A stretch of DNA of 32,000 nt, taken from NCBI RefSeq assembly GCF_000025505.1, contig NC_013849.1:150001-182000 (forward strand). The letters run 5' to 3'. The notes under the pieces were generated by a model. It searched no databases. It was given only the letters and a program-made list of their open reading frames with translations, and was not told where the DNA came from. Position numbers and translations under genes: made by a program. Source of the stretch: Ferroglobus placidus DSM 10642. Its GTDB lineage: Archaea; Halobacteriota; Archaeoglobi; Archaeoglobales; Archaeoglobaceae. Positions 18,199 to 27,364 of the stretch are shown piece after piece (position 1 is the first letter of the stretch; each line of letters opens with the position of its first letter).

Positions 18199-19209
18199 AT
18201 GATAGTCGAATCGTACCTTTACGAGAAGCTCAACGGCAAAGTTAGGTGCAAAACCTGCATGCACTACTGCGTTCTTTCCGAAGACAAGTGGGGGATTTGC
18301 AGAGTGAGGAAGAACGAAAACGGAAAGCTCATGGTTTACAATTACGGAATGGTTTCCTCAATAGCTGTAGACCCGATAGAGAAGAAGCCCTTCCACCATT
18401 TCATGCCGGGAAGCAGAGTTCTCTCTTTTGGAGGAGTAAGCTGCAACTTCCGCTGCGCCCACTGCCAGAATTACGAGATCAGCTTCGCCGATTTAACGTT
18501 CCCGTATTTAAGGGAGCTAACTCCCGAAGACGTTCTGGAGATGCTGAAAGAAAGAAATGCTGACGGCGTCGCTTGGACTTACAACGAGCCGAGCATATGG
18601 CACGAGTTTGCTTACGATAGCAACAAGCTTGTGAAAGAGGAGGGATACTATACTACTTACGTAACAAACGGTTACCTGAGCTTCGAAGCTATAGACGAGA
18701 TATCAAAGTACCTCGACGCGGCAAACGTTGACGTCAAAGCTTTCAACGAGGAATTTTACAGAAAAATTTGCAAAGCCAAGCTCGAAAAAGTTCTCGAAGC
18801 CGTCGAATATCTGTACAAAAAGGGTGTGTTCATCGAAATCACTTATCTCGTCATTCCAGATCTAAACGATAAAAGAGAAGAGATAAAAAGCTTTGCCGAG
18901 TGGGTGGCTGGAATAGACAAAAGAATTCCCGTCCACTTCTCAAGATTCCATCCGGACTTTCAAATGCTCGACAAAAACCCAACTCCAATAAAAACCCTTG
19001 AGATGGCTGTTGAGATAGCTAAGGAGTATCTCGACTACGTTTATATCGGCAACGTTTGGGGGCATAAGTATGAGGATACGTTCTGCCCCAACTGCGGCTA
19101 CTTGCTGATAGACCGACACGGCTTTTACATCGTGAAAAATAATTTAAAAGGTGACAGATGTCCGAACTGTGGAGAAAAACAGAACTTCGTTCTGGAGGTG
19201 AAAAAGTGA
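18199..19209 (+). CDS. amrS: AmmeMemoRadiSam-system radical SAM enzyme
   Basis: KVRCKTCMHYCVLSEDKWGICRVRKN, SFGGVSCNFRCAHCQNYEIS (CxxxCxxC), DGVAWTYNEPSIWHEF. Start placed at ATG 18199. Confidence 0.88.
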   Translation: MIVESYLYEKLNGKVRCKTCMHYCVLSEDKWGICRVRKNENGKLMVYNYGMVSSIAVDPIEKKPFHHFMPGSRVLSFGGVSCNFRCAHCQNYEISFADLTFPYLRELTPEDVLEMLKERNADGVAWTYNEPSIWHEFAYDSNKLVKEEGYYTTYVTNGYLSFEAIDEISKYLDAANVDVKAFNEEFYRKICKAKLEKVLEAVEYLYKKGVFIEITYLVIPDLNDKREEIKSFAEWVAGIDKRIPVHFSRFHPDFQMLDKNPTPIKTLEMAVEIAKEYLDYVYIGNVWGHKYEDTFCPNCGYLLIDRHGFYIVKNNLKGDRCPNCGEKQNFVLEVKK

Positions 19210-19583
19210 TTAGAACACACAAGCTCGCTTCCAAAGAGTGGGTTGGGGAAGCCGTAGAAATAAAGGACGGATTTGCGAAGGTTAGATTAAAAACGAGGGA
19301 GGAAATGAAGGTCGACGAGTACGGATTGGTTCACGGCGGATTCACCTTCGGCGTTGCGGATCTGGCAGCGATGCTTGCGGTTAATGAAGAGACTGTCGTT
19401 TTATACAAAGCTGAAGTTAAGTTCACGGCACCGGTTAAAGTCGGAGAGGAGATAATCGCCACAGCCAAAGTCGTGGAGGTTAACGGAAGAAAGAGGAAGG
19501 TTGAAGTTGAAGCTTGGACGGACAAAAAAGTTTTGGAGGGAATTATGTACTGCTACGTCCCCGAAAAGCACGTTTTAAGCTAA
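19206..19583 (+). CDS. Hotdog-fold thioesterase-like protein (PaaI-like)
   Basis: [54 protein letters not shown] start at 19206 overlaps the stop of the upstream gene. Confidence 0.8.
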   Translation: MIRTHKLASKEWVGEAVEIKDGFAKVRLKTREEMKVDEYGLVHGGFTFGVADLAAMLAVNEETVVLYKAEVKFTAPVKVGEEIIATAKVVEVNGRKRKVEVEAWTDKKVLEGIMYCYVPEKHVLS

Positions 19584-20767
19584 TCTTCCAGCTTCTTTCT
19601 AATCTCCTGATAAATCCTCGCCTGGAGTCCGTGGAACCTCGAAAATCCTTCAGCCAACCTCTGATCTATCGCCAAGGAATCGAAGGACGTTAGTTCCTCT
19701 TTGTACAAAGCGTAATCCGAGTATCTCGCTACCGGAGAGCAACTTCCCTTGAATAGCTTCACCTTAACCCATCCAGTAACTCTCTCCTGAGTTTTGTCGA
19801 TGAAGGCGTTCAAAGCTTCAAACAGCGGCTCGTTTACCAAACCCTGATAAACGAGTTCAGCCCACTCTTCTTCGACGAATTTTTTGAATTTCAGCTCCCT
19901 CCTCGTTAACACGAGCTTTTCAAGATCTCTGTGAGCCGTTATCAAAATCGTGGCAGCAGGATGCTCGTAGTTTTCCCTCGCTTTTAGTCCGAGAACTCTG
20001 TCCTCCATCATGTCAACTCTACCCACTCCGTGAATGCCTCCTATTTCGTTCAGATACTTTATCAGCTCTATTCCGTCCATTCTCTCCCCGTTAACAGCCA
20101 CGGGGATTCCCTTTTCGAACTCTATTGTGAGAATTTCCGGAACATCTGGAGCTTCTTCAGCCGAGTTCGTCCACTCGTAAATATCCTCTGGAGGTATGTA
20201 CGAAGGGTCTTCGAGCTTTCCTCCCTCTATACTCCTGCTCCAAAGATTTTCGTCTATGCTCCATGGTTTATCCTTGGTTACGGGAATGTCTATTCCGTGC
20301 TTTTTAGCGTACTCTATTTCCCACTCCCTCGTGAGATTCAGCTCCCTCATTGGAGCCACAACTTTAAACCCGTGCTGGAAAAAGATGTTATCAAACCTAA
20401 GCTGATCGTTTCCTTTTCCGGTTGCCCCGTGAGCGATTGCATCAGCGTTCTCCTTTTTTGCAATCTCAACAACTTTTTCGGCAATTATCGGTCTCGCCAA
20501 AGCCGTTCCAAGGACGTAACCTTCGTATTCTCCGTTTGCTTTTATCAATTGAAATAGAGCCTTAACAAAATCCTCTTTGGCGTCGACGGTGTAATGCTTG
20601 TCAGCGTATTTTTTTCCTCTCTCCTCAGCTTTTTTTAACTCCTCTTCAGGCTGTCCTATATCGACAGTTACCGTCACAACTTCTTCAAATCCGTATTTCT
20701 CCCTAAGCAGAGGAATGCAGACCGTCGTATCTAATCCGCCAGAGTAACATAAAACTACCTTCGACAT
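19580..20767 (-). CDS. argG: Argininosuccinate synthase
   Basis: [18 protein letters not shown]; [12 protein letters not shown]; MREWDLNRE-like [20 protein letters not shown]; full length. Confidence 0.95.
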   Translation of the reverse strand: MSKVVLCYSGGLDTTVCIPLLREKYGFEEVVTVTVDIGQPEEELKKAEERGKKYADKHYTVDAKEDFVKALFQLIKANGEYEGYVLGTALARPIIAEKVVEIAKKENADAIAHGATGKGNDQLRFDNIFFQHGFKVVAPMRELNLTREWEIEYAKKHGIDIPVTKDKPWSIDENLWSRSIEGGKLEDPSYIPPEDIYEWTNSAEEAPDVPEILTIEFEKGIPVAVNGERMDGIELIKYLNEIGGIHGVGRVDMMEDRVLGLKARENYEHPAATILITAHRDLEKLVLTRRELKFKKFVEEEWAELVYQGLVNEPLFEALNAFIDKTQERVTGWVKVKLFKGSCSPVARYSDYALYKEELTSFDSLAIDQRLAEGFSRFHGLQARIYQEIRKKLED

Positions 20768-20961
20768 AGAGAAAATCTTCGGGAGGTTTATTTAAAAAAG
20801 TTGTTACTTCCACGCTCGTTAGAACTTTGCAATTCTTGCGTTAATCTCAGTAATTTTAATCGGAATCGCAGCATGGATAGAAGCGAACGTAACCCTTAAA
20901 ATTGCCAAAGTTACGCTAAATTCAACAAAAGGTATTTGAAGATTTAAGGTGATTTAAAATT

Positions 20962-21177
20962 ATGGCAAAGGTTATCGAAGCTGTATACGAAGATGGTGTA
21001 TTCAAACCTCTTGAAAAGGTGGATTTGCCTGAAAAAACAAAGCTGAGAATTAGGATTGAGGCTGTAAAACCATCTGGTATACTGGATATAGCTAAAGAAT
21101 TCAGAAAGAAGATAAATTTGGAGAAGATAAAGGAGGATCCGCTTCAGGTTTTACTTGAAATGAGAGATAGGGCATGA
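20962..21177 (+). CDS. AF2212/DUF104-type antitoxin (VapB-like)
   Basis: 71 aa, MAKVIEAVYEDGVFKPLEKVDLPEKTKLRIRIE; overlaps the downstream PIN gene. Confidence 0.85.
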   Translation: MAKVIEAVYEDGVFKPLEKVDLPEKTKLRIRIEAVKPSGILDIAKEFRKKINLEKIKEDPLQVLLEMRDRA

Positions 21178-21605
21178 TAGTTGTAGATACTTCGGTTTGG
21201 GTGGATTTATTCATCCCAAAAAACAAGGTAAGAAGTGATTTGGCTGAAAAAGCTTTTGAGGTTATTGAAGAGAAGGGAATAGAGATTTATGCACCTAAAT
21301 TATTCGTTATTGAGTTCATCAGCATGATGAAGAGGTTGGCAGGAAACATGATACCTACGAACGTTTTCGACAAGATTAATCTGCTGGATGAGGCAGTTAT
21401 ATTCGAAACGGCAAAAGATGTGGCCTTGAAAGCCCATCCAAGAGCCGCAGATGCTTACTTCATAGCAACAGCCAAAATAACAAACTCAATTCTGATAACG
21501 AATGACAGAGTTATGGCAAACAACGCCAAAAATTACGGAATCGAGGCTTATCATTTGATCGAAGAGTTTGATAATGCAGTAGAACGGTTAAAGAAGATAA
21601 GTTGA
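21174..21605 (+). CDS. vapC: VapC-type PIN-domain toxin
   Basis: MIVVDTSVWVDLFIPKN...RAADAYFIATAKITNSILITNDRVMANNAKNYGIEAY. Confidence 0.88.
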   Translation: MIVVDTSVWVDLFIPKNKVRSDLAEKAFEVIEEKGIEIYAPKLFVIEFISMMKRLAGNMIPTNVFDKINLLDEAVIFETAKDVALKAHPRAADAYFIATAKITNSILITNDRVMANNAKNYGIEAYHLIEEFDNAVERLKKIS

Positions 21606-21606
21606 A

Positions 21607-22254
21607 TTATAACAGCTTTAAAATCGACCAAACCTGATAGATTCCGAACAGCGTTGTTGGAATCAAAGCCGTGATGAACGCTTTTCTGAACTCGATCTCC
21701 CTCGCATGTTTAATTGCGAAGCTCCATATAACCAAGCTCCATACGGTTACCGCCAAACTTATAACAACATTTGAGTAGACGAGTTCTCTCGGTATAACAC
21801 CCATTAAAACTTCACCCAGCAGTTCTGGATTCGTCTGAATGTCGGAAACGCTTATCTTCGGAACTTCGGCACTCATAACGTAATACGCTGAGAAGGGGAC
21901 CGTTATTGCGGAGCCGATTAAAGAAGGTAAGAATCCGTAACCAGTGAATTCGAAAGTTCTCCTGAAGCTTCCCTCCCCGCCGAAGAGAGCAGATATTGCA
22001 TGCATTAGCAGCGCAATTACGAACCACACCGCAAACATTCCGATAAAAGATCCGATCATGCCGACGTAGGCTCCAACGACAAAGAACTTCGCTATGTCCT
22101 CTGGAAAAGCTTGAGACATTTTAGTTATTAATAGATACTGGTACAATGACGTCAGAGTTGCTAAAAGAGCCACAATAATCAACGGATATCTCAGCTGCAC
22201 ACTTTTATACTTTAAATCATCGAAAAACTTATTTGGATTCGTTAGCAGTTTCAT
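21607..22254 (-). CDS. Yip1-domain integral membrane protein
   Basis: Multiple TM segments, LMHAISALFGGEGSFRRTFEFTGYGFLPSLIGS...VWSLVIWSFAIKHAREIEFRKAF. Confidence 0.7.
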   Translation of the reverse strand: MKLLTNPNKFFDDLKYKSVQLRYPLIIVALLATLTSLYQYLLITKMSQAFPEDIAKFFVVGAYVGMIGSFIGMFAVWFVIALLMHAISALFGGEGSFRRTFEFTGYGFLPSLIGSAITVPFSAYYVMSAEVPKISVSDIQTNPELLGEVLMGVIPRELVYSNVVISLAVTVWSLVIWSFAIKHAREIEFRKAFITALIPTTLFGIYQVWSILKLL

Positions 22255-22410
22255 GAGTTAGGCGAAAAATTAGCGGTATATTAAACTTTTTATTTCCAAA
22301 AAGTTTGAAATTTTCGGACTATTACAAAATCTTTGGAAGAGTCCAACGCTATTGAACCGCGATAAAATGGTAAAATATAAATTCTGAATGTAGCGGTCGA
22401 AGTTAAAAAT

Positions 22411-23169
22411 ATGAACATGCGATGTTTCAAAATTTTGGATATCGCAATTAACGAAAAAACGATTAATATTCTTGAAGCTGTCGAAAAAAATGATTTTTCT
22501 TCCGTAAAGAAAAAGTATCCAAAATCTACGCTTTACCACCTAATTTCGAAGCTGAAATCGGAAAATTTAATCGAAAAAAGAGACGACGAGTATTGCTTAA
22601 CCCACAGGGGAAGCGTTTACTTAAAAATGTTGAGAAAGTTTGGCAGATGTATGGAAAAGTTTCAGGAAATTTCAAAGATGTTTCCCGAACATGTTGTAGA
22701 ATTTCCAGAAGAATTCGTTATGAGGTTGGACGAACTTGAATGTCTTGAAGTTATTTCAGCCGATAAAACGAACGTTCTGAGACCCTTAAGAGTTCTGACG
22801 AATCTGATAACTCAATCAAAGGAAATACGAGCAGTAAGCCCAATGTTCTATCCAGACTATCCAAGTGTATTCGAAAAGATCGTAGAAAAAATGAAAGGTA
22901 TCGAGTTGGTAGTGTCCGAGAATGTCTGGAAGCTTATTGAAATTTACGACCATACAGAAGATTTCTCGGAAAAGTTCAGCGTTTATGTAGTTAATGAGCA
23001 ACCGGAATTAGCCGTAACAGTCTCCGACGTCTTTCTTTCTATGAACTTTTACAGAAGCTCTGGAGATTTAGATTTTCTGAGAACACTAATTTCTAAAAAC
23101 GAAAGAGCCCTGAAATTTGGAAGCGATCTTTTTGAATTTTATAGAGAGCAAGCTGAAAAAGTATTATAA
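22411..23169 (+). CDS. Winged-helix regulator with C-terminal FilR1/DUF1724-like sensor domain
   Basis: STLYHLISKLKSENLIEKRDDEYCLTHRGSVYL wHTH, then a long domain ending GDLDFLRTLISKNERALKFGSDLFEFYREQAE. Confidence 0.7.
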   Translation: MNMRCFKILDIAINEKTINILEAVEKNDFSSVKKKYPKSTLYHLISKLKSENLIEKRDDEYCLTHRGSVYLKMLRKFGRCMEKFQEISKMFPEHVVEFPEEFVMRLDELECLEVISADKTNVLRPLRVLTNLITQSKEIRAVSPMFYPDYPSVFEKIVEKMKGIELVVSENVWKLIEIYDHTEDFSEKFSVYVVNEQPELAVTVSDVFLSMNFYRSSGDLDFLRTLISKNERALKFGSDLFEFYREQAEKVL

Positions 23170-23173
23170 AAAG

Positions 23174-25018
23174 CTACTCCGCACTTAGATAATTTTCCGC
23201 GAGAACTCCGCCGTATCCTACGTAAAAAATCCTGTCTGGAGAGAGAGCCGAAATAACTTCTTTTCTGTGGGTAACAGCTATGAGCGTAATTCCAGCTTTT
23301 CTAACGACTTCTGCAAGCTTTCTTGCAACCCTCATAGCCGTAACTTCATCAAGATGAGCGGCAAACTCGTCTATCAGCAGTAAACTCGGTTTCTCAGCTA
23401 AACATAAAGCGAGCTTAAACCTCTCCTTTTGTCCGGTGGAAAGCTCTTTGTACCTCGCTCTGTAGAGAACGGCATCGCTTATTCCGCAAACGTTTAGAAT
23501 CTCTACCGCCAGATATATGTCACCGCAGACTTTGTAAATCTGCTCTATCACGCTTTCTTCACTTATTTCAGGTTCAACATCCCCGGGGATTATTGCGGAA
23601 ATTTTTTCAGCTTCAACCTCAACATTCCCGGAAGTTGGCTTTTCAATTCCGAGGATAAGCTTCAAGAGTGTCGTTTTGCCCGCTCCGCTCGCTCCAACAA
23701 CAGCTATTATTTCTCCCGGCTTAACTTCGAAGTTTACGTCCCTGAAAATGTACCTCTCAACGATTCTCTGCTTCACTCCAAAGGATTTAAGAACGAATTG
23801 AACTTCTTCTGAAACCCTCAATAGGTCGAGAGTCGTGGAAAAAACTTTCGAAACGTTTTCGAATTTAAGTTTCTCAATAGGAGTCACAGTACCGTATCTC
23901 GGCAAGCACAATTTTCCTCCGTGCTTTTTAGCTTCCTCGTCGCTTTTGAGGAACTCTTCAATGTATTTTTTCGCTTCTTCTGTTAGAGGTTTGTAAAGAA
24001 CAGGTTTTCCGCTCGCAGTTTCCCAAAGATAGTAGAAGCCAGCCTTTTCGAAGAACGGATTAAATCTCGCCATCTGAGCTATAGTTTCAACCAAATGCTT
24101 TCTCATTCTCATTTCCGGCACTCTTCTCTCGGCAATCCACTCCACCGCAACTTCAACAGCCAACTTACCTATTCCGTCGGCTCTATAGTCTGGATGGACA
24201 ACAACTCTCGCTATTCTTGAAACTGCAGAATTGCACTCTTTCATAGCTTTCTTACTCGCCACTTCCCAAAGCTTGTGTCTCGCAATTTTTAGGCTATGCT
24301 TCGACTTTAACTCGGAAAAAATCTCTTTCATTTCTTCCTCCGGAGAAAATACCTTTTCAAACCATTCCTTCGGGAAGACCCTTTCTCTGATGTTTCTTAC
24401 TATCTCATCTCCAAGCTTCCGGTGCATTAGAGGGACTGGTGGATCAACTCTAACGTATGCGATTATTTCAGGTTCGTAAGGCTGCCTATCCTTAAGCTCA
24501 AAGACGAGGAAGCGAGAAGCCGGAGTCGAACCCTTTATCTCGACTATGTGCATCTCTCCTCCGCAATCGCACCTAACCTTGATGTTAGATTCGATAAGCT
24601 TTCCGCAGTTTTCGCACTTCCACAAAGCAACCTTGCTTTTTTGACTTGCGTAATGGTACTGCTCCAACTCAGCTATAGCTTCAAAATCCTTTTCGTAAAC
24701 AGCTTCTCTTGCGAGAATTTTGTAGGAGTACACATTCCTCCCAAAACTCGTTCTATTCAGAGTTATCTCTTTTTTGAAAAAACTCCAAGCTTTAACCTTC
24801 TCTCCCTCATAAATCCTGAAAAGATCGTAATCGTCAAAAAACAAAGTTTTCCTTCCAAGCACATCTTTCGGCTTAGCTTTCGGAACCACTTCGACTTCGT
24901 CTCCTTCAAAAAACCAAGAAGCAACACTACCGCTTGTGTACAAAACAAGATCGTTCTCAAGTTCTATCGTACCAAACCATTTTCTGTGAACGTTGCTTTT
25001 TACGACTCTGGTAATCAT
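23174..25018 (-). CDS. Multidomain protein: N-terminal domain, zinc ribbon, GNAT, ABC-class ATPase
   Basis: CENCGKLIESNIKVRCDCGG zinc ribbon; ARVVVHPDYRADGIGKLAVEVAVEW GNAT-like; VVGASGAGKTTLLKLILG Walker A; YKELSTGQKERFKLALCLAEKPSLLLIDEFAAHLD signature and Walker B. No TM segments seen. Confidence 0.85.
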   Translation of the reverse strand: MITRVVKSNVHRKWFGTIELENDLVLYTSGSVASWFFEGDEVEVVPKAKPKDVLGRKTLFFDDYDLFRIYEGEKVKAWSFFKKEITLNRTSFGRNVYSYKILAREAVYEKDFEAIAELEQYHYASQKSKVALWKCENCGKLIESNIKVRCDCGGEMHIVEIKGSTPASRFLVFELKDRQPYEPEIIAYVRVDPPVPLMHRKLGDEIVRNIRERVFPKEWFEKVFSPEEEMKEIFSELKSKHSLKIARHKLWEVASKKAMKECNSAVSRIARVVVHPDYRADGIGKLAVEVAVEWIAERRVPEMRMRKHLVETIAQMARFNPFFEKAGFYYLWETASGKPVLYKPLTEEAKKYIEEFLKSDEEAKKHGGKLCLPRYGTVTPIEKLKFENVSKVFSTTLDLLRVSEEVQFVLKSFGVKQRIVERYIFRDVNFEVKPGEIIAVVGASGAGKTTLLKLILGIEKPTSGNVEVEAEKISAIIPGDVEPEISEESVIEQIYKVCGDIYLAVEILNVCGISDAVLYRARYKELSTGQKERFKLALCLAEKPSLLLIDEFAAHLDEVTAMRVARKLAEVVRKAGITLIAVTHRKEVISALSPDRIFYVGYGGVLAENYLSAE

Positions 25019-25053
25019 AAAAAAATTAAAGTCAGAGAAAATAAATCGTTTTC

Positions 25054-25392
25054 GTGAGGGGACTTATAGTTAGAGAACCGTATGCAAGCATGATCGTAAG
25101 AGGAGAGAAAGTCTGGGAGATCAGAAAGCAGAACACGAAAATTAGAGGTAAAATCCTGATAATTTCGAACGGCTACGTCATAGGGGAAGTGGAGATAGTA
25201 GATGTTCTTGGACCTTTCACTCCAGAAGAGCTTGCGAAGTTTGAGGAATTGCACAGGGTTAGCGAAGAAGATTTGAAAGAGTACTCCCAGGGTAAAAAAC
25301 TCTACGCGTGGGTTTTGAAAAATCCGAGGGAGTACGGGGAGAAGAAGAAAGTCGAGGTTCCGAAAGGGGCTCAGGTTTGGGTGAAGTTATGA
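25054..25392 (+). CDS. ASCH-domain protein
   Basis: GTG start; RGLIVREPYASMIVRGEKVWEIRKQNTKIRGKILIISNGYVIGEVEIVDV matches the ASCH/PUA-like pattern. Confidence 0.75.
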   Translation: MRGLIVREPYASMIVRGEKVWEIRKQNTKIRGKILIISNGYVIGEVEIVDVLGPFTPEELAKFEELHRVSEEDLKEYSQGKKLYAWVLKNPREYGEKKKVEVPKGAQVWVKL

Positions 25393-25496
25393 TCAGAAAA
25401 CCCAGCCATCATCATCGAATCAGCAAAGGGGTATATCATCATCAAAAAAGTTGCTTGGGTGGTGGAAATAAAAAAATTATCAATGTAGTGTCGCAA

Positions 25497-25790
25497 TCAT
25501 TCTACTTTAATCTCAAAAGTTTCCTCTTTTTTGAAAGGTACAGTAATTCTCAGAACTCCGTTTTCAAATTTTGCTTTGGCTTTGTCCGGGAACACTTCGT
25601 GGGCTAATGTAAAACAGCCAAAATATGTGATGTCTCTGTTCTCATCCCTTGCTTCAACGCAAAAGCCGCTCTTTGTAAAACTTAATCTAATGGTTTCCTT
25701 TTCCGCTCCTGGAAGAAATACATCTATCAGCAAGTTTTCATCCTTTTCATCATGGCTTACAAATACATCAGGACATACCACAGTTGCCAA
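25497..25790 (-). CDS. Divergent Hsp20/alpha-crystallin-like small heat shock protein
   Basis: ENLLIDVFLPGAEKETIRLSFTKSGFCVEARDENRDITYFGCFTLAHEVFPDKAKAKFENGVLRITVPFKK. Confidence 0.75.
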   Translation of the reverse strand: MATVVCPDVFVSHDEKDENLLIDVFLPGAEKETIRLSFTKSGFCVEARDENRDITYFGCFTLAHEVFPDKAKAKFENGVLRITVPFKKEETFEIKVE

Positions 25791-25914
25791 AATTCCACCT
25801 CCCTCAACTCTTCATCTCAAAGCTCACACATCAATACATATGTGAAATAAATTCATTATAAATTTTTCGATTTTGTAGATTATTATAATTAAACTATAAA
25901 AATTTATATTTAAT

Positions 25915-26325
25915 CTATAGATATCCATATTTTTCGTCTTGAATATAAACCAGCATCAGAAGTTCCCTTAACAGTTCATGGTGTTTCCATTCCTCACTAA
26001 GGAGGTGAAAGAGAATCTTACCGATTTCACCCTTTACTTTAAGGAGAACTTTATTTGCTATTTCTATCGCCTCCATTTCCATTTTTTCGTGAACCGAAAG
26101 CAAATCGGCAAGGGCTTTTACATCCTCTTTACCGATTTTCCTATCACCAGCATTCATAACGAATTCAAGAATTCTTAAATGCTTATTGGAGTCCATTTTG
26201 ATCTCAGTCAAAACCATTTTTATAAAATCATTATTAGACTTTTCAATTATCTTATCTGCATTATCAATAATTCTCTTCTCAATTTCAATCCATTTCCTCA
26301 CCAATTCTTCTAATTCTTCGTTCAC
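25915..26325 (-). CDS. Ferritin-like/rubrerythrin-like four-helix protein
   Basis: 136 aa, helical with spaced Glu/His: WIEIEKRIIDNAD, KHLRILEFV, EMEAIEIANKVL, EEWKHHELLREL. Confidence 0.5.
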   Translation of the reverse strand: MNEELEELVRKWIEIEKRIIDNADKIIEKSNNDFIKMVLTEIKMDSNKHLRILEFVMNAGDRKIGKEDVKALADLLSVHEKMEMEAIEIANKVLLKVKGEIGKILFHLLSEEWKHHELLRELLMLVYIQDEKYGYL

Positions 26326-26513
26326 ATTACAACACCTCGCGTATTTCGCGTTAATTATTACTAATTAATCAACAAAAAATTAAAAACTTTCGCAGGATAA
26401 AACATAATTCGAACTAATTTTTAATCTAATTAAAACCAGTAAGTTGACAAAGGGTTAAATAAATTTAAGATAAAATCGTGAACAATTGCAGAGGAAGAAA
26501 AGGAGGGTAAAGA

Positions 26514-26633
26514 ATGGCTATGAGGTGCGGAGTTTGCGGGTTTAGGTGGGAAGGAGAGGAGGAGATGGAACCCATAGAAACTTGTCCAAAGTGCGGTGCA
26601 CCTCTGGAGAAAGAGGAGGGCTACCAGCATTAA
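26514..26633 (+). CDS. 39-aa rubredoxin-like zinc/iron-binding microprotein (not in ORF track)
   Basis: Manual translation MAMRCGVCGFRWEGEEEMEPIETCPKCGAPLEKEEGYQH*; CxxC...CxxC knuckles; strong RBS AGGAGGG upstream (26501-26507). Confidence 0.85.
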   Translation: MAMRCGVCGFRWEGEEEMEPIETCPKCGAPLEKEEGYQH

Positions 26634-26638
26634 ACAAT

Positions 26639-26902
26639 CTATCCCCCAGCAGCAGAAATCATTATTTTCTCTCTAATCTTCCTGTGGACTTTCTCATTGC
26701 AAATAATCACAACCTCCGTTCTCGGAATTAAGAAATAAGGTTCCTTTTCCCTCAAACAAACGAAAACTTCTGGATTTTCGCAAATAATCGCATCACCGAT
26801 AACTTCTACCGAAGAAGAGAGTTCGGAAAGTATCCTCTCAAAGATTTCCTTCACTCTGTCCTTAGAAAATCCGAGAAGATGTACAAATATTTGCACAGCC
26901 AT
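26639..26902 (-). CDS. Hypothetical protein
   Basis: 87-aa ORF in a gap between genes; no recognisable motif. Confidence 0.5.
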   Translation of the reverse strand: MAVQIFVHLLGFSKDRVKEIFERILSELSSSVEVIGDAIICENPEVFVCLREKEPYFLIPRTEVVIICNEKVHRKIREKIMISAAGG

Positions 26903-26979
26903 AGTTTTTTCTGGAAGATTTTAGGGTTTCGCTTAAGGAATAAAAAAATTTAAATTGCCTGAAAACATCGCCGATAGAG

Positions 26980-27363
26980 ATGAAGGAGCAAGTCGAAGTA
27001 AGGCAGCTTAGGGAAGGAGGATACATAGTAATTGATGATGAACCTTGCGAAATCGTCAGCATTTCCGTAAGCAAGCCGGGAAAGCACGGAGCAGCTAAGG
27101 CGAGAATAGATGCGATAGGAATTTTCGACGGGCAAAAAAGAAGCATTGTACAGCCGGTTACAGCGAAAGTTTACGTGCCTATCGTTGAAAGGAAAAGAGC
27201 TCAAGTGATAAACGTAACAAATAACATAGCTCAGCTAATGGACCTCGAAACCTACGAAACTTTCGAAATAGAAGTGCCAGAGAGTCTGAAAGAGAAAGTT
27301 AAACCTGGAGAAGAGGTAATTTACATCGAATCCCTCGGAAAAAGAAAAATTGCAGAAAAATAA
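26980..27363 (+). CDS. Translation initiation factor aIF-5A
   Basis: DDEPCEIVSISVSKPGKHGAAKARIDAIGIFDGQKRSIVQP, containing the PGKHG hypusination loop. Confidence 0.95.
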   Translation: MKEQVEVRQLREGGYIVIDDEPCEIVSISVSKPGKHGAAKARIDAIGIFDGQKRSIVQPVTAKVYVPIVERKRAQVINVTNNIAQLMDLETYETFEIEVPESLKEKVKPGEEVIYIESLGKRKIAEK

Positions 27364-27364
27364 T

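Noticed and set aside
25392-25480. Short CATCATCATC / ATCATCATCAAAA tracts downstream of the ASCH gene
   Set aside because: Low-complexity sequence without regular spacing or dyad structure; not a convincing repeat or RNA element.
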